A stretch of DNA of 64,000 nt from the human T2T-CHM13v2.0 reference genome, Homo sapiens. The stretch lies in the NCBI RefSeq assembly GCF_009914755.1, contig NC_060941.1; one strand, 5' to 3'. The notes beneath the pieces were generated by a model. That model did no database searches and was not told where the DNA came from. It saw only the letters and a list, made by a program, of their open reading frames with translations. The translations under genes and the position numbers were made by a program. This document shows, piece after piece, positions 48,730 to 64,000 of this stretch (position 1 is its first letter; every line of letters begins with the position of its first letter).

Positions 48730-51700
48730 CTGGACAGAGAGAGAGTCACCACCACTGCCTGCCCTCACCCAAGCTCTGCTTAGAAAGAGAACACACACAC
48801 CCATGCACACACACTCAACCACAACAGGGTCGGGATGTAACTGTTAACTACATCTCGTCATTCTCTCCAACCCACCCAAACCAGAAGAGGCCCAATCCAA
48901 GAATCCTTGGATCAGCGCAGATGCTCAGGACACTCTTCAGCACCAAGGCCTCTGACAGGACCACAGAGGCCTTGGACCCAGAAGAGGTTGCTTTTGAGCA
49001 TGCGTCAGAAGGACAGGAGGTGGGAGTGTGATGCGCACATAAAATGCAGTGATTTCAACCAGCAGTGCAGCGGAGCCACACGGGAGGATGAACAGAAAGA
49101 GCGGATGGTTGCAAAAGTGAGGTGACAGCTTATACTGGTGACATGGCCACTTCTCACTGATGATGGGATGTTGAGGCAAGTCCCTTGGCTCTGGCTTAAT
49201 TCAGCAACTCTGATGCTTTCTGGCTTAGTAACCCTCCAAGTGAGTTTTGACTCATGACTCCTTTCCAGTGAAATTACGTATTTCACTCCACACCTGCCCT
49301 ATCTCCTGAGGGTCACAGAAAAAGCCAACAACCACATACACACACACACACAAAAAGTCTCAGGAGACTCTAGGAAGCAACTGACATGAGAACTCAGGAA
49401 ATTTTCCGGAAAAATACATGTCTAAAGACCATTCCTTTGACTGAAGTAAGGGAAAGCCTCGTGGGACAGCAGTGTCCCTCACTCAGCTCTCCAGGGCAGA
49501 TACTCAGTTCCAGAGGTGTGGGGTTGCTGGATTACCCGCAGAGGTGAGGGGTCCAGTTCCCGTCGGAGGGGACCTGGGGGATTCTGGGCTGAGCCTCGGG
49601 CCTATAGAAAGCAGCTTCCTCCCTGGACCGTGGCTTTGCTTCAGAAAGTACTGGCAGGGCTGTGTCTGAGCCCAGAGACTTAAATGGGACAAAATGAACA
49701 AGGGACAGAGTAGTCTCTGAACACTATTACACAACCAAATGGTCACCAAGCAGAGGCTGGTCATTGTATTTTTGACAAGGACACAGTTACATGGACAAGG
49801 GAAGGCAGTGGGGCTCAGGGCCTATCTCCCTGCAGCTGCAGTCCTTTGGTTTTCCTGATGCTGTCCTTGGGCCACCAGAGGCCCACGGGGACAGTTATCG
49901 CCTGACCAACAGGAGCCAAAGGCACCCAAGGGCACAGCACACATGCCAGTGTGGAACTGAAGGCCCGGCAGTGGCCCCAGCCCTGTGCACTGGGAGGGTA
50001 GGACTGAAACCTCTACACTGGAAACAGGAGCCGGCTGTAAGAGGACCCGGACTGTGTCCTCCCTGGCAGGACACACAGCTCCTCCCTACCCCCACTCTGA
50101 AACATTAGAGCCAGTGCTCCAGCCAACAGGCTGGACTTCCACATTAAAGGGAAACTCCCTCTGCAGAAACAAAAGCCTCTTGTCCCTGGCCATGGGACAG
50201 CACGTAACTGAGTCTTCCTCCTTCCACCAGAGGCCTGGCTGGTCCAGGAAATGCTTATGTGTATCCACTGGCTGCAGAGCCATATCAGAGTGTGCTGTGG
50301 TTAGGCAGCCCTCACAGGAATCTTATATTTAAAATGTATATAGCAAAATTCAATTCCTATGAAAGCCTAAACCGGGTCTTGGGTGAGGAAAGTCAGAGAT
50401 GTAAATCCCCAAAGATCACACGCCCCTCTCAGAAGAGCATCAGAGTTCTCCATCAGTAGGATGGCAGTGCCTGAGGCTCTCTGACCTCATGCTGCCAGGT
50501 GTGAAATCTGTCCCCACAGCACAGGGAGCCTGCTCCTCACCCACAAAGCACAAAAGGCTGCCTGCAAGCTCTGGGACCCCAGTGAGATCTGCTGAGCCAC
50601 TGCTCCTTGTGTCCCCACTGGGCCATATCATCTGGCAGCTCCAACCCTGGGCAGAAGATGCCAGAGGCTGAGCGCTGTGGCAAGCTCTCAGGTTACTGAG
50701 TTAATCCTCTGCAGGTCACAGAACAGGACAAATTTTGTGGCTTGAAGTGAACACTTTAGGTAATGCTGTACCAGTTCAAGCTGATCAGATGATGTGAAAA
50801 TCTGATTTTGACCGAGTGGTACCTCTGCTCTCCGCGCTGGGGGCAGTATTATGCGGCACCCAATACTTAGGAATTATAAGTGTAGCCCAGTGTTTGCCTG
50901 ATATTCATTTTTATAAATGAACATGCATTTTATGACCTCAGCATGAACTTCAGAGGAAGATACACCACACTTACTTGTAGAAGACGTGCTGGAATGTAAT
51001 TAGCCTACTTGTTTTAAACACACCTCAGAATTCCAGATGAGTGTGGTATCCTTTCAAAGAGACACCTTAAAAGGCTTATTCCAGTTATGTTCCTTCTGCC
51101 AAAAATCTTTTGGAAATGTCAGATATATAAGAAAAAGTGAATTATTTTATCACTGACACTCTTAGACCAAATATTTTATTTCTTGGTCTCATAATGACCA
51201 CCACCTCTGATGACTTCTAGCAATTTCTCAAAGGTCCAAACCATCTACAAAGCAGGACAATTTGCTGTCACTCAGGATAGCTAAAAGAATGTCACGGACT
51301 GTGGAGGCAATTCTAAAAAGAAGCCCCCAAAATGCTTTAAATGAAGACGCATAATTAAATTAAGAAGCCCTGTGAGATGTTTGCTTTGAGGGAGACCACA
51401 CTCAAGAATGCACTAATTTTTCTTTTGAGAAAATCAGTTCTATACACCTGCCACAGGCACACATGTGCATACACACCCACAAACTAGACTGAGTCACAGT
51501 GTAAACTGCAGGCACTCAGTGCCCAGAACACCAGGGGCCTGGGGGCAGATGGGTAGTTTGGGGTAGATGTGAACTAGTAACCCAAAAGAGGTCAGATGGG
51601 GCCACCTTCTGACTTGGGGACTTGTACAAAGGGCCCAGACTGCAGTGGTGGAGCAGGAAGAGGCCAAGTGCCTTATAGGAAACACTTCACTTCCATGCCA

Positions 51701-54562
51701 CTTTCCATTTAAAGGCCACCCAAAAGGCAGAGCGCTCCCTTTAACTAACTCATTCTGGCCCTCTGCAGGGCAGTTCCTAAAGCAGAGGCTGCTCAGGTTA
51801 CTATCTCAATCCCATCTGAATGTTGTATGTTATGTTACCTGCAGTGTGCGACAAAAGGACTATTTGGGAAAAGACTAAAGGAAAAATGCCCATGAAAATA
51901 CAGCAGACACATATTTCAAAGGGAAGAGACTTTGCTAGGGCAAAGCTACACAGGTTAAAATCTCAGTCTAACCCTCAGGGTGCTAACTAAAGGTGAACAA
52001 ACTTCCTACCAGTAAGGAGGACATCTCACAGGTTAAGCAGCATCTCCTCAGAGACTCCGCAAAAGCACAATCATTTGCACACTTGAACAGGGACTGAGAA
52101 AAGCAGTGAGATGAAGCCGAGGCCCTGCCAGGCAGGACACCAGGGAGCAGACCCTGATGTGGAGTGAGGCCCTGGACAGGTGGCCATGGGCTGCAGGGAG
52201 AGCCTGCAGGAAAGGGCTGCTGCTGGCCAATTCTTCAGATGTTCTGTGCTTTGGAGGTTTAATATTAAGGAAGATGTCAGTTCCAAAGGTCACACGCTTC
52301 AAACAGCTAATAAGTATGCTGACCCCTGTCCCTCCTCTGCTACTAAGCCGCGTGGTGATTCCGTAAACCTCATGACTGAGGAAGTGAAGTGGATTCTGGA
52401 ATCACTTCTGGGATTAGGTTCTTAACCACGGATGGGCTTTCAGAGATTCACAATGCTCCTAGAAACTGTGAGCCAAATGGTGCATGTGGAAGCATTTGCA
52501 GAAAGAAGGACCCAGTGCTCTCAGGTTCCCGAAAGGGTCCTTTCTGAAAAAAGGGGTAAGGGTCCATTTTTCTGGGCCTTTTTCTCCCAAATGAAGTGCT
52601 GCTGGATTGTATTCCTCCTTACTTTTAAAAACAAATGATAGCCAACTACACATCAACATATAATTTAACACCCTCACAGGAAGAAGCAAAACATTTTATA
52701 ACAGACTGTTCTAGAAAAAAATAGTACTTTAGAAATATAAGTGAAATATAATACCATCACATTCCTAAAGCAGAGGATCTTTTTTTCACTCAGTCTAGAG
52801 AAGCACAGCTTTCCAGAAACACGTCCACCCTCTGATCGGCCAGAGTTTATGAACTTGAAACTGGGCTACGAGGGCTGCATGAATAGCAGTGAATGTGGAC
52901 GCATACGTGGCAAGCACCTCAGGGACCGGCCTGGTTGCCACCCCCGGTGCCCAAGACCCCCTTTGCAATGGAGTCCCTGTGCCCCTGTGCCCACATGGTG
53001 CTGTTTCTAGAAAGGGCTCCTTGCACAAACGCATCTGCCTGAGGTTGCTCTGCCACACTCCCTTTTTATTAGATCTCATTTTCAAGACTGCTTCTGCTTC
53101 AGGTGCTTCATTTTCTAGGCAGCTGGTTCTGCAACTCTGTCGTCATGAGCTAGATTTAATGTGCTCAGCTATGCGTGGGGGTGGGGTGGGGACAGCAGGA
53201 CAAGGAATTGAGTCTGACTAGATCAGGACTCCAGCAATTCAAATTGGGGAAGTCTATAAGACTTTTCCTGTCAGGAAAGCCTCTTAACTACTCCTGGTGT
53301 CGGTTCTCTCAGGCTTTTATGTCCAAGAACGTGATGCCTTTATGTCCAAGAACGTGATGAAAAGACAGGTTTCCTCATGGTTTCACATGGGACCGAACAA
53401 GACTCAGAAGTTACAGGGTATGAAATGCTATGTGGAGAGTTGATAAATACCACACTCACCAGAAAATATAAATCCACAGATTGCCGAATCCAAACATATT
53501 TTAACAAATAGAAAAATGAAAGGAAAATAGCACAGACACCGGTTAGATTGCATATAGCTGGTAAAATTCTCCAATTATTAAAATAGAAACATTTCATTAA
53601 GTAACTTGAATAAATCAGAATAATCTAAGTAAAAGAATATTCTCCAATGCATAACCCAGCTCCCCCAATCTGCTACTACCACAAGCATGAATAAAAGCAT
53701 TAGGTCAGTACCAGAACCAAGCAAAAGTCTAAGAGCCAGTATCTTATATTTAGACCCCATGGAGGTAGCTCCTTGTGACATTTTCATGTCATCATACTGT
53801 TGATTCCATGCAAAGGGCTAAAGATGTGAGAAGTAGCCTCTAGTCAACATTTTTAATTTGGTAAAAACAATAATATAATTTAAATTTATAGTCAAAGCAG
53901 TCATTTTAAGGAGAATAGGATGTAAAAGTTCCAGTTTATCTATTCTAGGCATTTAAGAGGGAAAAAAATTAAGCTTCATGAGTTACCTCACAATTTTGGA
54001 ATATTTACTAAATCAGACAAACCCTAGGCAGCAGATACACTATCTACAAAGAGAGGGATTTACTACGCAAGTCAATATTGTATTATTTAGGGAAAATGCT
54101 TCTCAAAACACTTTTAGGAGCACCCTCTGTGCTACAAAATCAATCATCTAATTATAAATAATTCTGACTTTGTGATTAAAGCAGGTAGATTCAGCCTGCT
54201 CCACATATTGCTGTTTATGACCGGAAGGATCTTCATGATTCTATTCGAGGATCATTTTATTGCTCGGATGAGTCTGCCCTGCTTGTCTGAGTCAGTGATG
54301 TTTTCTGGGTAATCAATTCCATGTGTACCACCACCAGCACTGAGGTCAAAGGCGCTGTCACAGCTGAGCTGGGTTGGGAACTCACAGGCCACTGGGGATG
54401 AGACTAGGAAACCATTCCCTGAAATGCTCTGGTCCAGGAGCACTTACACAGAAGCTCACTCAACATCCAGGGGCCACTACACATCAAATCTGCTTCTCAA
54501 AGGCTGGAGGGAGAAGCTGGTGCCCCAGGATTGGATTAGTAAATTCATATATAGCCCCTTAC

Positions 54563-54695
54563 CCTTCTTTGCCAATTTCTCCAACCTTCAGGGCTTCAAC
54601 AAGAGGCTCTTTACCTAGTTTGGTCAAATTCATTTTGGTCTCGAGAGTCATCAGAAAGGACCCATTGTAGGACATTTCCAAATCAATCCAGAGTC
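54563..54695 (-). CDS. TEX2: TEX2 exon LWIDLEMSYNGSFLMTLETKMNLTKLGKEPLVEALKVGEIGKEG
   Basis: 133 nt; acceptor tttctccAG, donor GG|GTAAGG; the next upstream exon is not found before 64000. Confidence 0.95.
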
Positions 54696-56891
54696 CTGGA
54701 GAAATGGTGAAAAAACAGAAGGTTTTTTTCCCTCAAAAAAACACATGACTATAAATGACTTACATTTAAAAATATCTAAATAGGCACCATACTGAAAGTC
54801 CATGTATCGTCTACTACTCTAGTTGAGAAGAGGACTGAGAGCACATTGTGCCATCGACACACACGAGAACAGGTCATGGAATACATCGAGCCCCTGGTAA
54901 ACAGCCAGCATCTGAGGACCCATTCACAGGATCCTGGGGAATTCAGTGCACAAGTCAGCATTGGAAGGGTCCCATCCTCTGGCTTCTAAAATCTCCTTGT
55001 ATTTAGTAAGAAGACATATGCCTAGCGGAAGAAAATGGCTTGACCCAGGGCAAAGCCAGGACAAGGCATGCTGATGCCCAGCCAGTTACGAGGCACAAGG
55101 GAAGTGCTAAGACTTCTCTGTAAGCTGGGTTGTTCTTTAAAGACACATATGAGAACCGCTGTCTTTCTTAAAATTCTCCAGTATTGGGAGTGGGACACAG
55201 AAAATGGCTCAGATTTAACAGGAAGAGTGACAAAAACGTTTAAGACCTTCCTTTCTTTCTGGAAACTGCCCACTGATGGGAACCAAAGAATTAACTTTCA
55301 ATTCCCAGGATTATCCAGATACAATTGCATAATCACTTTGTACCTTAGGCTAAAAATCAGCTCCTTAGGAAAGATACTATGCCAATGAGATCATATCTAA
55401 AAGGCTTGTAGCTTCATGGAATTTTACTGCAATGGCCGCTGTTCAGTGGTTTAAAATGCAAACAGGGTTTATCTCATGACCCTCTTCTACTTGAGGATTC
55501 TATGATTTGTCAAGTATTTTTCTGTGATTTTTCAGACTCGGGGCTCCAGAAGACCTCATGGACTTTCTATCAAAATGTGATCCTTTAAGTGGGTGTTTAA
55601 ATGTTAATAAACTTTTATAGATCCTCACATGACAAATGACATCTAAAAGGAAGCAGGAAATTAATCTAAAACCATCGTTCACATACAGCATTGTTTTCAA
55701 GCAATTACAGTAAACAGCCCATCCCCTACACGGCCACCACCTCAGATAAAACCACTGCTTAACCCCACCCAGCACTAATGGTGTCATTCCTCACTAAAGG
55801 CAGGATGATTTCCATTTTGTTTTCAACAAATTCTTTTTACCATAATGGAAGGTAATTATTTTCCATGAATGACCTGGTTTAATTAAGTGATATGGAGATC
55901 AATTGTGATTATCTTCTTTGCAGCAATACTCACAAAACTGTTGTATTTCTTGTTTACATTAAGCAGTTAGAAAGAATTAATTAGCTTGCTCTTCAAAGGT
56001 ACTATTACTGGAAATAAAGGGTATATCTGCTTTAATAAAGACATTTAGTTTTTAATCACTTCAGGAGAAAGGGGATTAGAGCAAAAGGCTAATATTAATA
56101 GATTTAAACTCAATGTAAAAGAACAACAATAAAGGAGATATTTATTGTTGTATAGTATTTCCAGCTTTGAAAATTAATATTCAAACTACCTAGTTACTAT
56201 ATACATCCAAACATAATCGTTTCTTTTGAAAATTCTAGTCAAGTTTCTAATAAATATTAATAGTATGCGTTGCCTTTGAAAATGGACATATTAAAGGCAC
56301 CAGAATTATACTTCTTACAAAATGGAAAGTTTTGCTAGTCTGTTTTTTAAATGAAGATATATGGATTTAGGCTTAGTAAACTGCTGGCTCATGCCCAGTC
56401 ACGGGGACATTCTACCAAATGATGTGTGGTCCAGCGTCCCTGCCAGGAGCTGGGAGGTGGAGGAAGGCCCAGGGAAGAGCAAGGAGCCCAGTCACATAGA
56501 TTGGGGCTTGTGTTTCACTGGAAGTTTCTTCACTTCTGTGCCATCAGTACCTTTGTCTGCACCAAGGAGACCTATACTGCCTCTTTCAGGGAGAGCTGTG
56601 TACACCCTGGCACCTGGCACAGTCTGACCAGGCAGCCTCCCTTTTTCTGCATTCACCAGCCCACCCTTACTTCTTGCTCTGTCTCCCTTGCTGCTGTTGC
56701 CAGGGAAGAGGCTGTACTGGTCAGCCATGGAGCCTGATATCTGAGGATGAGGCTTGGGCATCTGACTGAGCCTCTGCCTGGGTGAGGGGTCTGTTTTAAA
56801 CACTGAATATACCTCATGAGACCCACTCACAGGGCCCTGCTCAGCCCTGGCACTCATAAAAATATGAAAGAGTCAAGAATGCTTTAAGAAC

Positions 56892-58207
<1,316 letters not shown>

Positions 58208-61169
58208 CACCCTGGCACTTCATGCAGCAACACGAGTGACAATGTAGTAAGACTTAGTCTGTGTACAAGGACCTGGAAGGAGCTCAGATGCTGTTTTTCC
58301 ACTCTTCAGTTTCACAGCGGCAGGATCAATTACCACTACCACCACTACACAGAGACACTGTGGCAAAAATTACAGCTTATTCCACCAAAAAGCGTGTATG
58401 CGTTCTTAATGTACAATATCAGAGCCAAAAGCACTGAGATGAACCCCTGCCCTCAGGAAGTGTATGTTTGAAGAAAAATAAAAGTGGCCTAGGCCAGCTG
58501 CTGCAGCTCAGACCATGATGCCAGTTGGTATCATAAAATGCCTTGGCGTATGTCCCCACAGATAAGGGGTGGCCACAACCACAAGAGGCTCTTCTGCCTT
58601 CGGCCTGGTTTTCCAGTTAACAGACCCCATGGCCTCAGTCCTCCCGTGGCCATGTGAATCTAATAATCTCACACAGCAGTTCACTGTTTTATTACTATTT
58701 AGGCATCTGTCTCACTGGAGTAGGCTTGAGAGGGCACCTGCTGCTTGGGAGTAGTTAAGGGAACCAAAACCCTGCACACCTGAACTTGGTCCTCACGTTA
58801 TTTTCTCCTCCATTTCCTTCTACCTGTAACTATTAACAGCTGATTTCACTCTGAAAGTCAATATTTGGCATCCAAAGAACAAAACTTCTTAAAATGGAAC
58901 ATTTGATAACATTATCAAGAACAGATGTTGGAGTTATTCAGCTCTGGGAAGAACACACCAGTGACTGTTGTGCTCCTGGCAAAGAGACTGGTGCCATATT
59001 GCTCATTCAGATACTACAGAAAATTAGCAATTCCTTGTGTGTGGATGTGTCTTTGATGATAGACATCATTTTTAGCCTTGTCTACCTGTAACTGTCCTCT
59101 GAAATAGAGCTCCACCCCTTCAAGGTTGACAAGCTGCAAATCAGGGTCCCCTGTCCCCCACCCGACCCATGTTCCACAAGAGGTATGATTTCCCCTTCCC
59201 ACACTAAGCCCTTTCCACACTAAGTGTTTTTCTTCCCGTAGCACAGTCTGGTCAGAGCCACTCCTATCAGCCCCACGTGCTAGAGTATGGCCCTGCCTTG
59301 GTGCTCAGGCCCAGGCAGCCCCAGTGGCTGTAGCTGCCCTCTGATGTCACTCTTGAAGCACGTGTGGCAGGAGGAGTGGGCAAGTCATGACTGACTCTGG
59401 CTCCAGTTTTCTGTCATTACTCAGGTGGCAAAGTAGCATCACTCCCAACACTGGATGTGAAGGCACCAGGCACACAGGTAGTGGATCCTGGTAGGATCCA
59501 GTCTGGAACACTGGATGTGAAGGCACCAGGCACGTGGGTTAAGGTCTGGAATATCAGTCCAGATGACTAAGGGCAGCTCTGGAGACAGACAAGGTTTCTA
59601 TTTCTGTGGGACATGGTAATATTTCCATAGAATCTGAGACATTCAGTCTAAATTTGGGCTGTTATTTGGTATCTTGAAAACAAGGCAAAACCCAGTCGGG
59701 TCCTCTGTCTGTGTGGACACTCAGTGGCTATTTGCAGTTTTAAATTCATGTTGCAAACATCCCGAAGACTAAATGAATTCATCTAAGCCTGAGGGGTTGT
59801 GGTCTGCATCCTTGGATCATTCTGACGCTGCTGACACACCTGTGGGCACCTGTTCTGAAACCGCTGGACTCAGGCACAGAAGATAAAAACCTGCTGACAG
59901 AAGCGGCCCCCACCCAGCCTCTTCAGGATGATTTTATTAATACTAACACAGTGGCCGGAGAGCAGCAGCTAACACTGATGCTTACTACGTGCCACGTGCT
60001 CCGAGTGCTTTACACGTAACACTGCATCTCTACCACACCCAAACGAGGTGGGCAGGACTGCCATCAGCACTTGAAGGATGAGGAAACTGAGGTATAGAGT
60101 GGTTAGTGGCTTCCCCACAGTTGTACCGCTGAATGGTGTACGAGCAGGACCCAAACACAGGTGACCTGGCTGTAGAGCCAGTGCTCATGGGCAGCCTCTG
60201 ATGGGGCCTAGACTCCATGAAACAGGTTGGAAGTGTGAGGCTGCTGCTGACCCGGGCAAGTCACCCCTCTCTGGGCTTTGGCTCATACACACATGGCAGG
60301 GTGGATTGAGGCAATCTGACTGCCCTTTCAAGTCTTCCCAGTTCTTCAAGGGTTTTGAAAAAGAGCTATGTTTTCTAAATTTTTAGCCATAAGAAAAAAG
60401 ATTTGGAGAGCATATACCAAAAATGTACTAAAAAGGTAACCCTGGTTATCTCTGAATGGTGGGATGATGGGTAATATTTTCCTTTTTACCTTTCCTGAAT
60501 ATTTCTGTTTTTCCCACAATGAGTATTTGTTGAATGAATGAACAAACATTACCCTAATGGAGTTAATAAAATGACTGGAAAGAGTTTGGCTGAGTGGCAG
60601 GCCCTGGAGGTGGCAGCCCAGGGTAGGGATGAGGGCTGGGTAGAGGAGGCCAGTCTGGTGGGGGAAGGGTAACATACACAGGTTTCTGGACCTTGCTGTG
60701 TGGCCTAAAGGAAAGAAAGGAAATCCATATATATCCCACAGGTAGAGCAGCTAGTTCCAGGGTGTGTGTGGAGTGAGGAGGCGTCAGAGCTGAGGCAGGA
60801 GGAGGACAGCCAGTTTCTAAGGGACACAGCTTGCCTATCGTCCAGCCATCTGCCTTTGGTGGGAAGTGAGGCTGCTCTGGAAAAGGTGGTCATTTAACCT
60901 CATTCAATTCACTTGAGACAGGTTGTGTGTGTTGGAACAGGGACAAGCCAACATGGCCATTGTGTGCGATTTCATTCAGAAGAACCACAGACTTGACTTC
61001 TTACAGCAGCAAGGCCATGAAAGCTGAGAATGCCATTTTGTTTTGTTTTGTTTTGTTTTTGTTTATCCTAGTAGGATCTGCCAGCTTTGATCTGTAGGAT
61101 GGTCAACTGGACACTATGGCCGCCTCCATGCTAAATGCCCTAACAGCAGCATCCAGGCAGCCATGATAA

Positions 61170-61710
<541 letters not shown>

Positions 61711-62665
61711 TCAAGAAGAGCATCCCTAGGATGGGATAATCCAACCAGTTGTGGCCAAAATATCCCTTCTGAACATATTCCTCCAACAAACAAGCACAAG
61801 CCAGGAAATATTTTTAAAAAGAATGTGAGGGGATCCCATAGGAGGTGGCGCTCCTTAGAGCTGTGAAGGCCTCCTTCACCTGGGTCGCATTTCCCTGGAA
61901 GGTGAGCTCTGCTTTTCAGAGTCAGTTTGCTTGTCACCCAGATTCAAATTTCACTAAAAGGAAAGATTCCCCCGTAGAGCACTGGAATCCAAAATGCTTA
62001 TTTATTTCTTTCACGGTCATTTCTGTTTTATCATCATACATGCATCATTTGTGGACTTGGAAAAACCTGATTTGATCAAACTTTGAAAACCCCACTGGCT
62101 TTATGTCTTTATCGTTCCTTTAATACCATTTTCTCCCTTGTTACACAAGCAGGCAAGTCTCTAAAAACGTACCCTGAAAGGAGTTAAATAGCCTCAAATG
62201 GATTAAAAACTGGCAAAGCTTTGATCTATATAGTGAAATATCTCACCATAGCTCCTGCTCTAGAAGAACAGTTAAGAAGCTTGACACTTAGGTGTTTGGT
62301 GAATTTTACTCAAAGCCTGACCAAAGCTGCCCTGAGAGGCTGCAGAGTTCAAAGCCACAGGGGCCTGGTTGTGGCCCTGCTCCCCTCTCCTCGGAAATTT
62401 CTACAAATTCAGCAAAGGGCAGTCCTGAGATAAGAGGCTGCTAACACATTAGAAAATAGAGCGTGCACACTTATTATTTAGTTTCTTTAAGCCTCACATG
62501 AGGTTTGTGTTAGCTGATCATTCACCAGCTTCTTATACATTTCTAAAGAGGCAAAGAGCAAAAAGGAATAGAGAGGCCACCTGAGTTAGAGGAAGAAAGG
62601 TAGCAGCTGCACACTGATGGAGTGAAGATGCTAGCTAGCTATGCAGTGAACACATAGATGGTGCT

Positions 62666-63107
<442 letters not shown>

Positions 63108-64000
63108 AATGCATCTTTTACAATTTTGCATGGGGTTAAAAACACTCTAGTTCAGCCATTTGCCAAGAATTGAAAGGTTTTCTACTTTTACTTTCAGTGA
63201 ACCAGAAATTCCCAAACCTAGACACACCCAGATTCATCAAGGTATAGACATAATTGAGGGGTTACAGGTGAGCTCAACATGCAGGAATTAGATGGACTTC
63301 TCTGGATGTGCAAATACTACCCTGGTCTTTCTTTCTCTGAAATTGATGTGATGCGAAAAACATGGATAGGTTGTCCACTGAAATATTGCTGGAGAGATAT
63401 GCTAGAGCTGCTAACTATAGTGCTAGAAAAATCTCTTCATATTTACATCAAATGTACACAACAGCAGAAAAACTGATTTCACTAAACACAATTCAAGAAC
63501 CATCTGATACAGCCAGAGAGAAAAGTAGCTTCCATGCTCTACAAATTTTATAAAACATTTACTTTAAAACAACTATCACTCTCTTGAAAAGCTATAATTA
63601 GTTTTTCTCCTACCTTGTTCCTAAGCCATTTTAGGAAAAATGTAAATATGGTTGAAGTGGAAAGAGGCTCACTTGCCAAGGGAGGCTACAGTAAAAACGT
63701 CAGTGAGAATTCTCTCTGCATGCTAATGGGCTATTCTGGCCTACCTGGCTCATTCCTCTTTTTTTACCAAACTCCTGTGTACTAAATTTTCCCTGTCAAG
63801 ATCCTTTTAAAACCGTATTTATGGTTTATGTGACATAAGAGATACAAATCCTTACATCATCATCATCATCATGTTACACAAACTCTCTACAATCTGATCA
63901 ACTCTTTAACCCCCCACCCACAAAAGCAGACATAAATAATGTCTTAGTAACATGTTTAAAAACTCAAATCTGAGAACTTTCCTCCAGCAAGGAGCCCTAC

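Noticed and set aside
50990-51400. Possible ancient mariner-like remnant (similar sequence near 17180-17280)
   Set aside because: Resemblance too weak to call without a Dfam search.
59447-59533. CRISPR-like repeat-spacer-repeat
   Set aside because: Only two repeats, in a primate intron, with no cas genes.

Overview
Human (or very close great-ape) genomic DNA, recognisable as the 17q23.3 ERN1 - SNHG25 - TEX2 interval. 1-24.9 kb: minus-strand ERN1 (IRE1alpha) intron 1, coding exon 1 (signal peptide MPARRLLLLLTLLLPGLG, 24706-24759) and its CpG-island promoter. 25-39.4 kb: repeat-dense intergenic spacer (Alu, L1, MER20, MLT1) holding a CTCF-like motif and a 5' fragment of an RPL22 retrocopy. 39.7-40.25 kb: the small plus-strand 5'TOP host gene SNHG25 with SNORD104 and SNORA50C. 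41.2-64 kb: minus-strand TEX2 3'UTR and its last five coding exons, which splice in frame. The most interesting architecture is at SNHG25: the H/ACA snoRNA lies just downstream of a complete poly(A) signal rather than in its own intron, and a second candidate 3' splice site follows it. This suggests either cleavage-coupled snoRNA release or a C/D-to-H/ACA sno-lncRNA. Most of the supplied ORFs are Alu-derived or GC-rich noise. Gene identities and repeat classes come from recall, not database searches; repeat boundaries are approximate.
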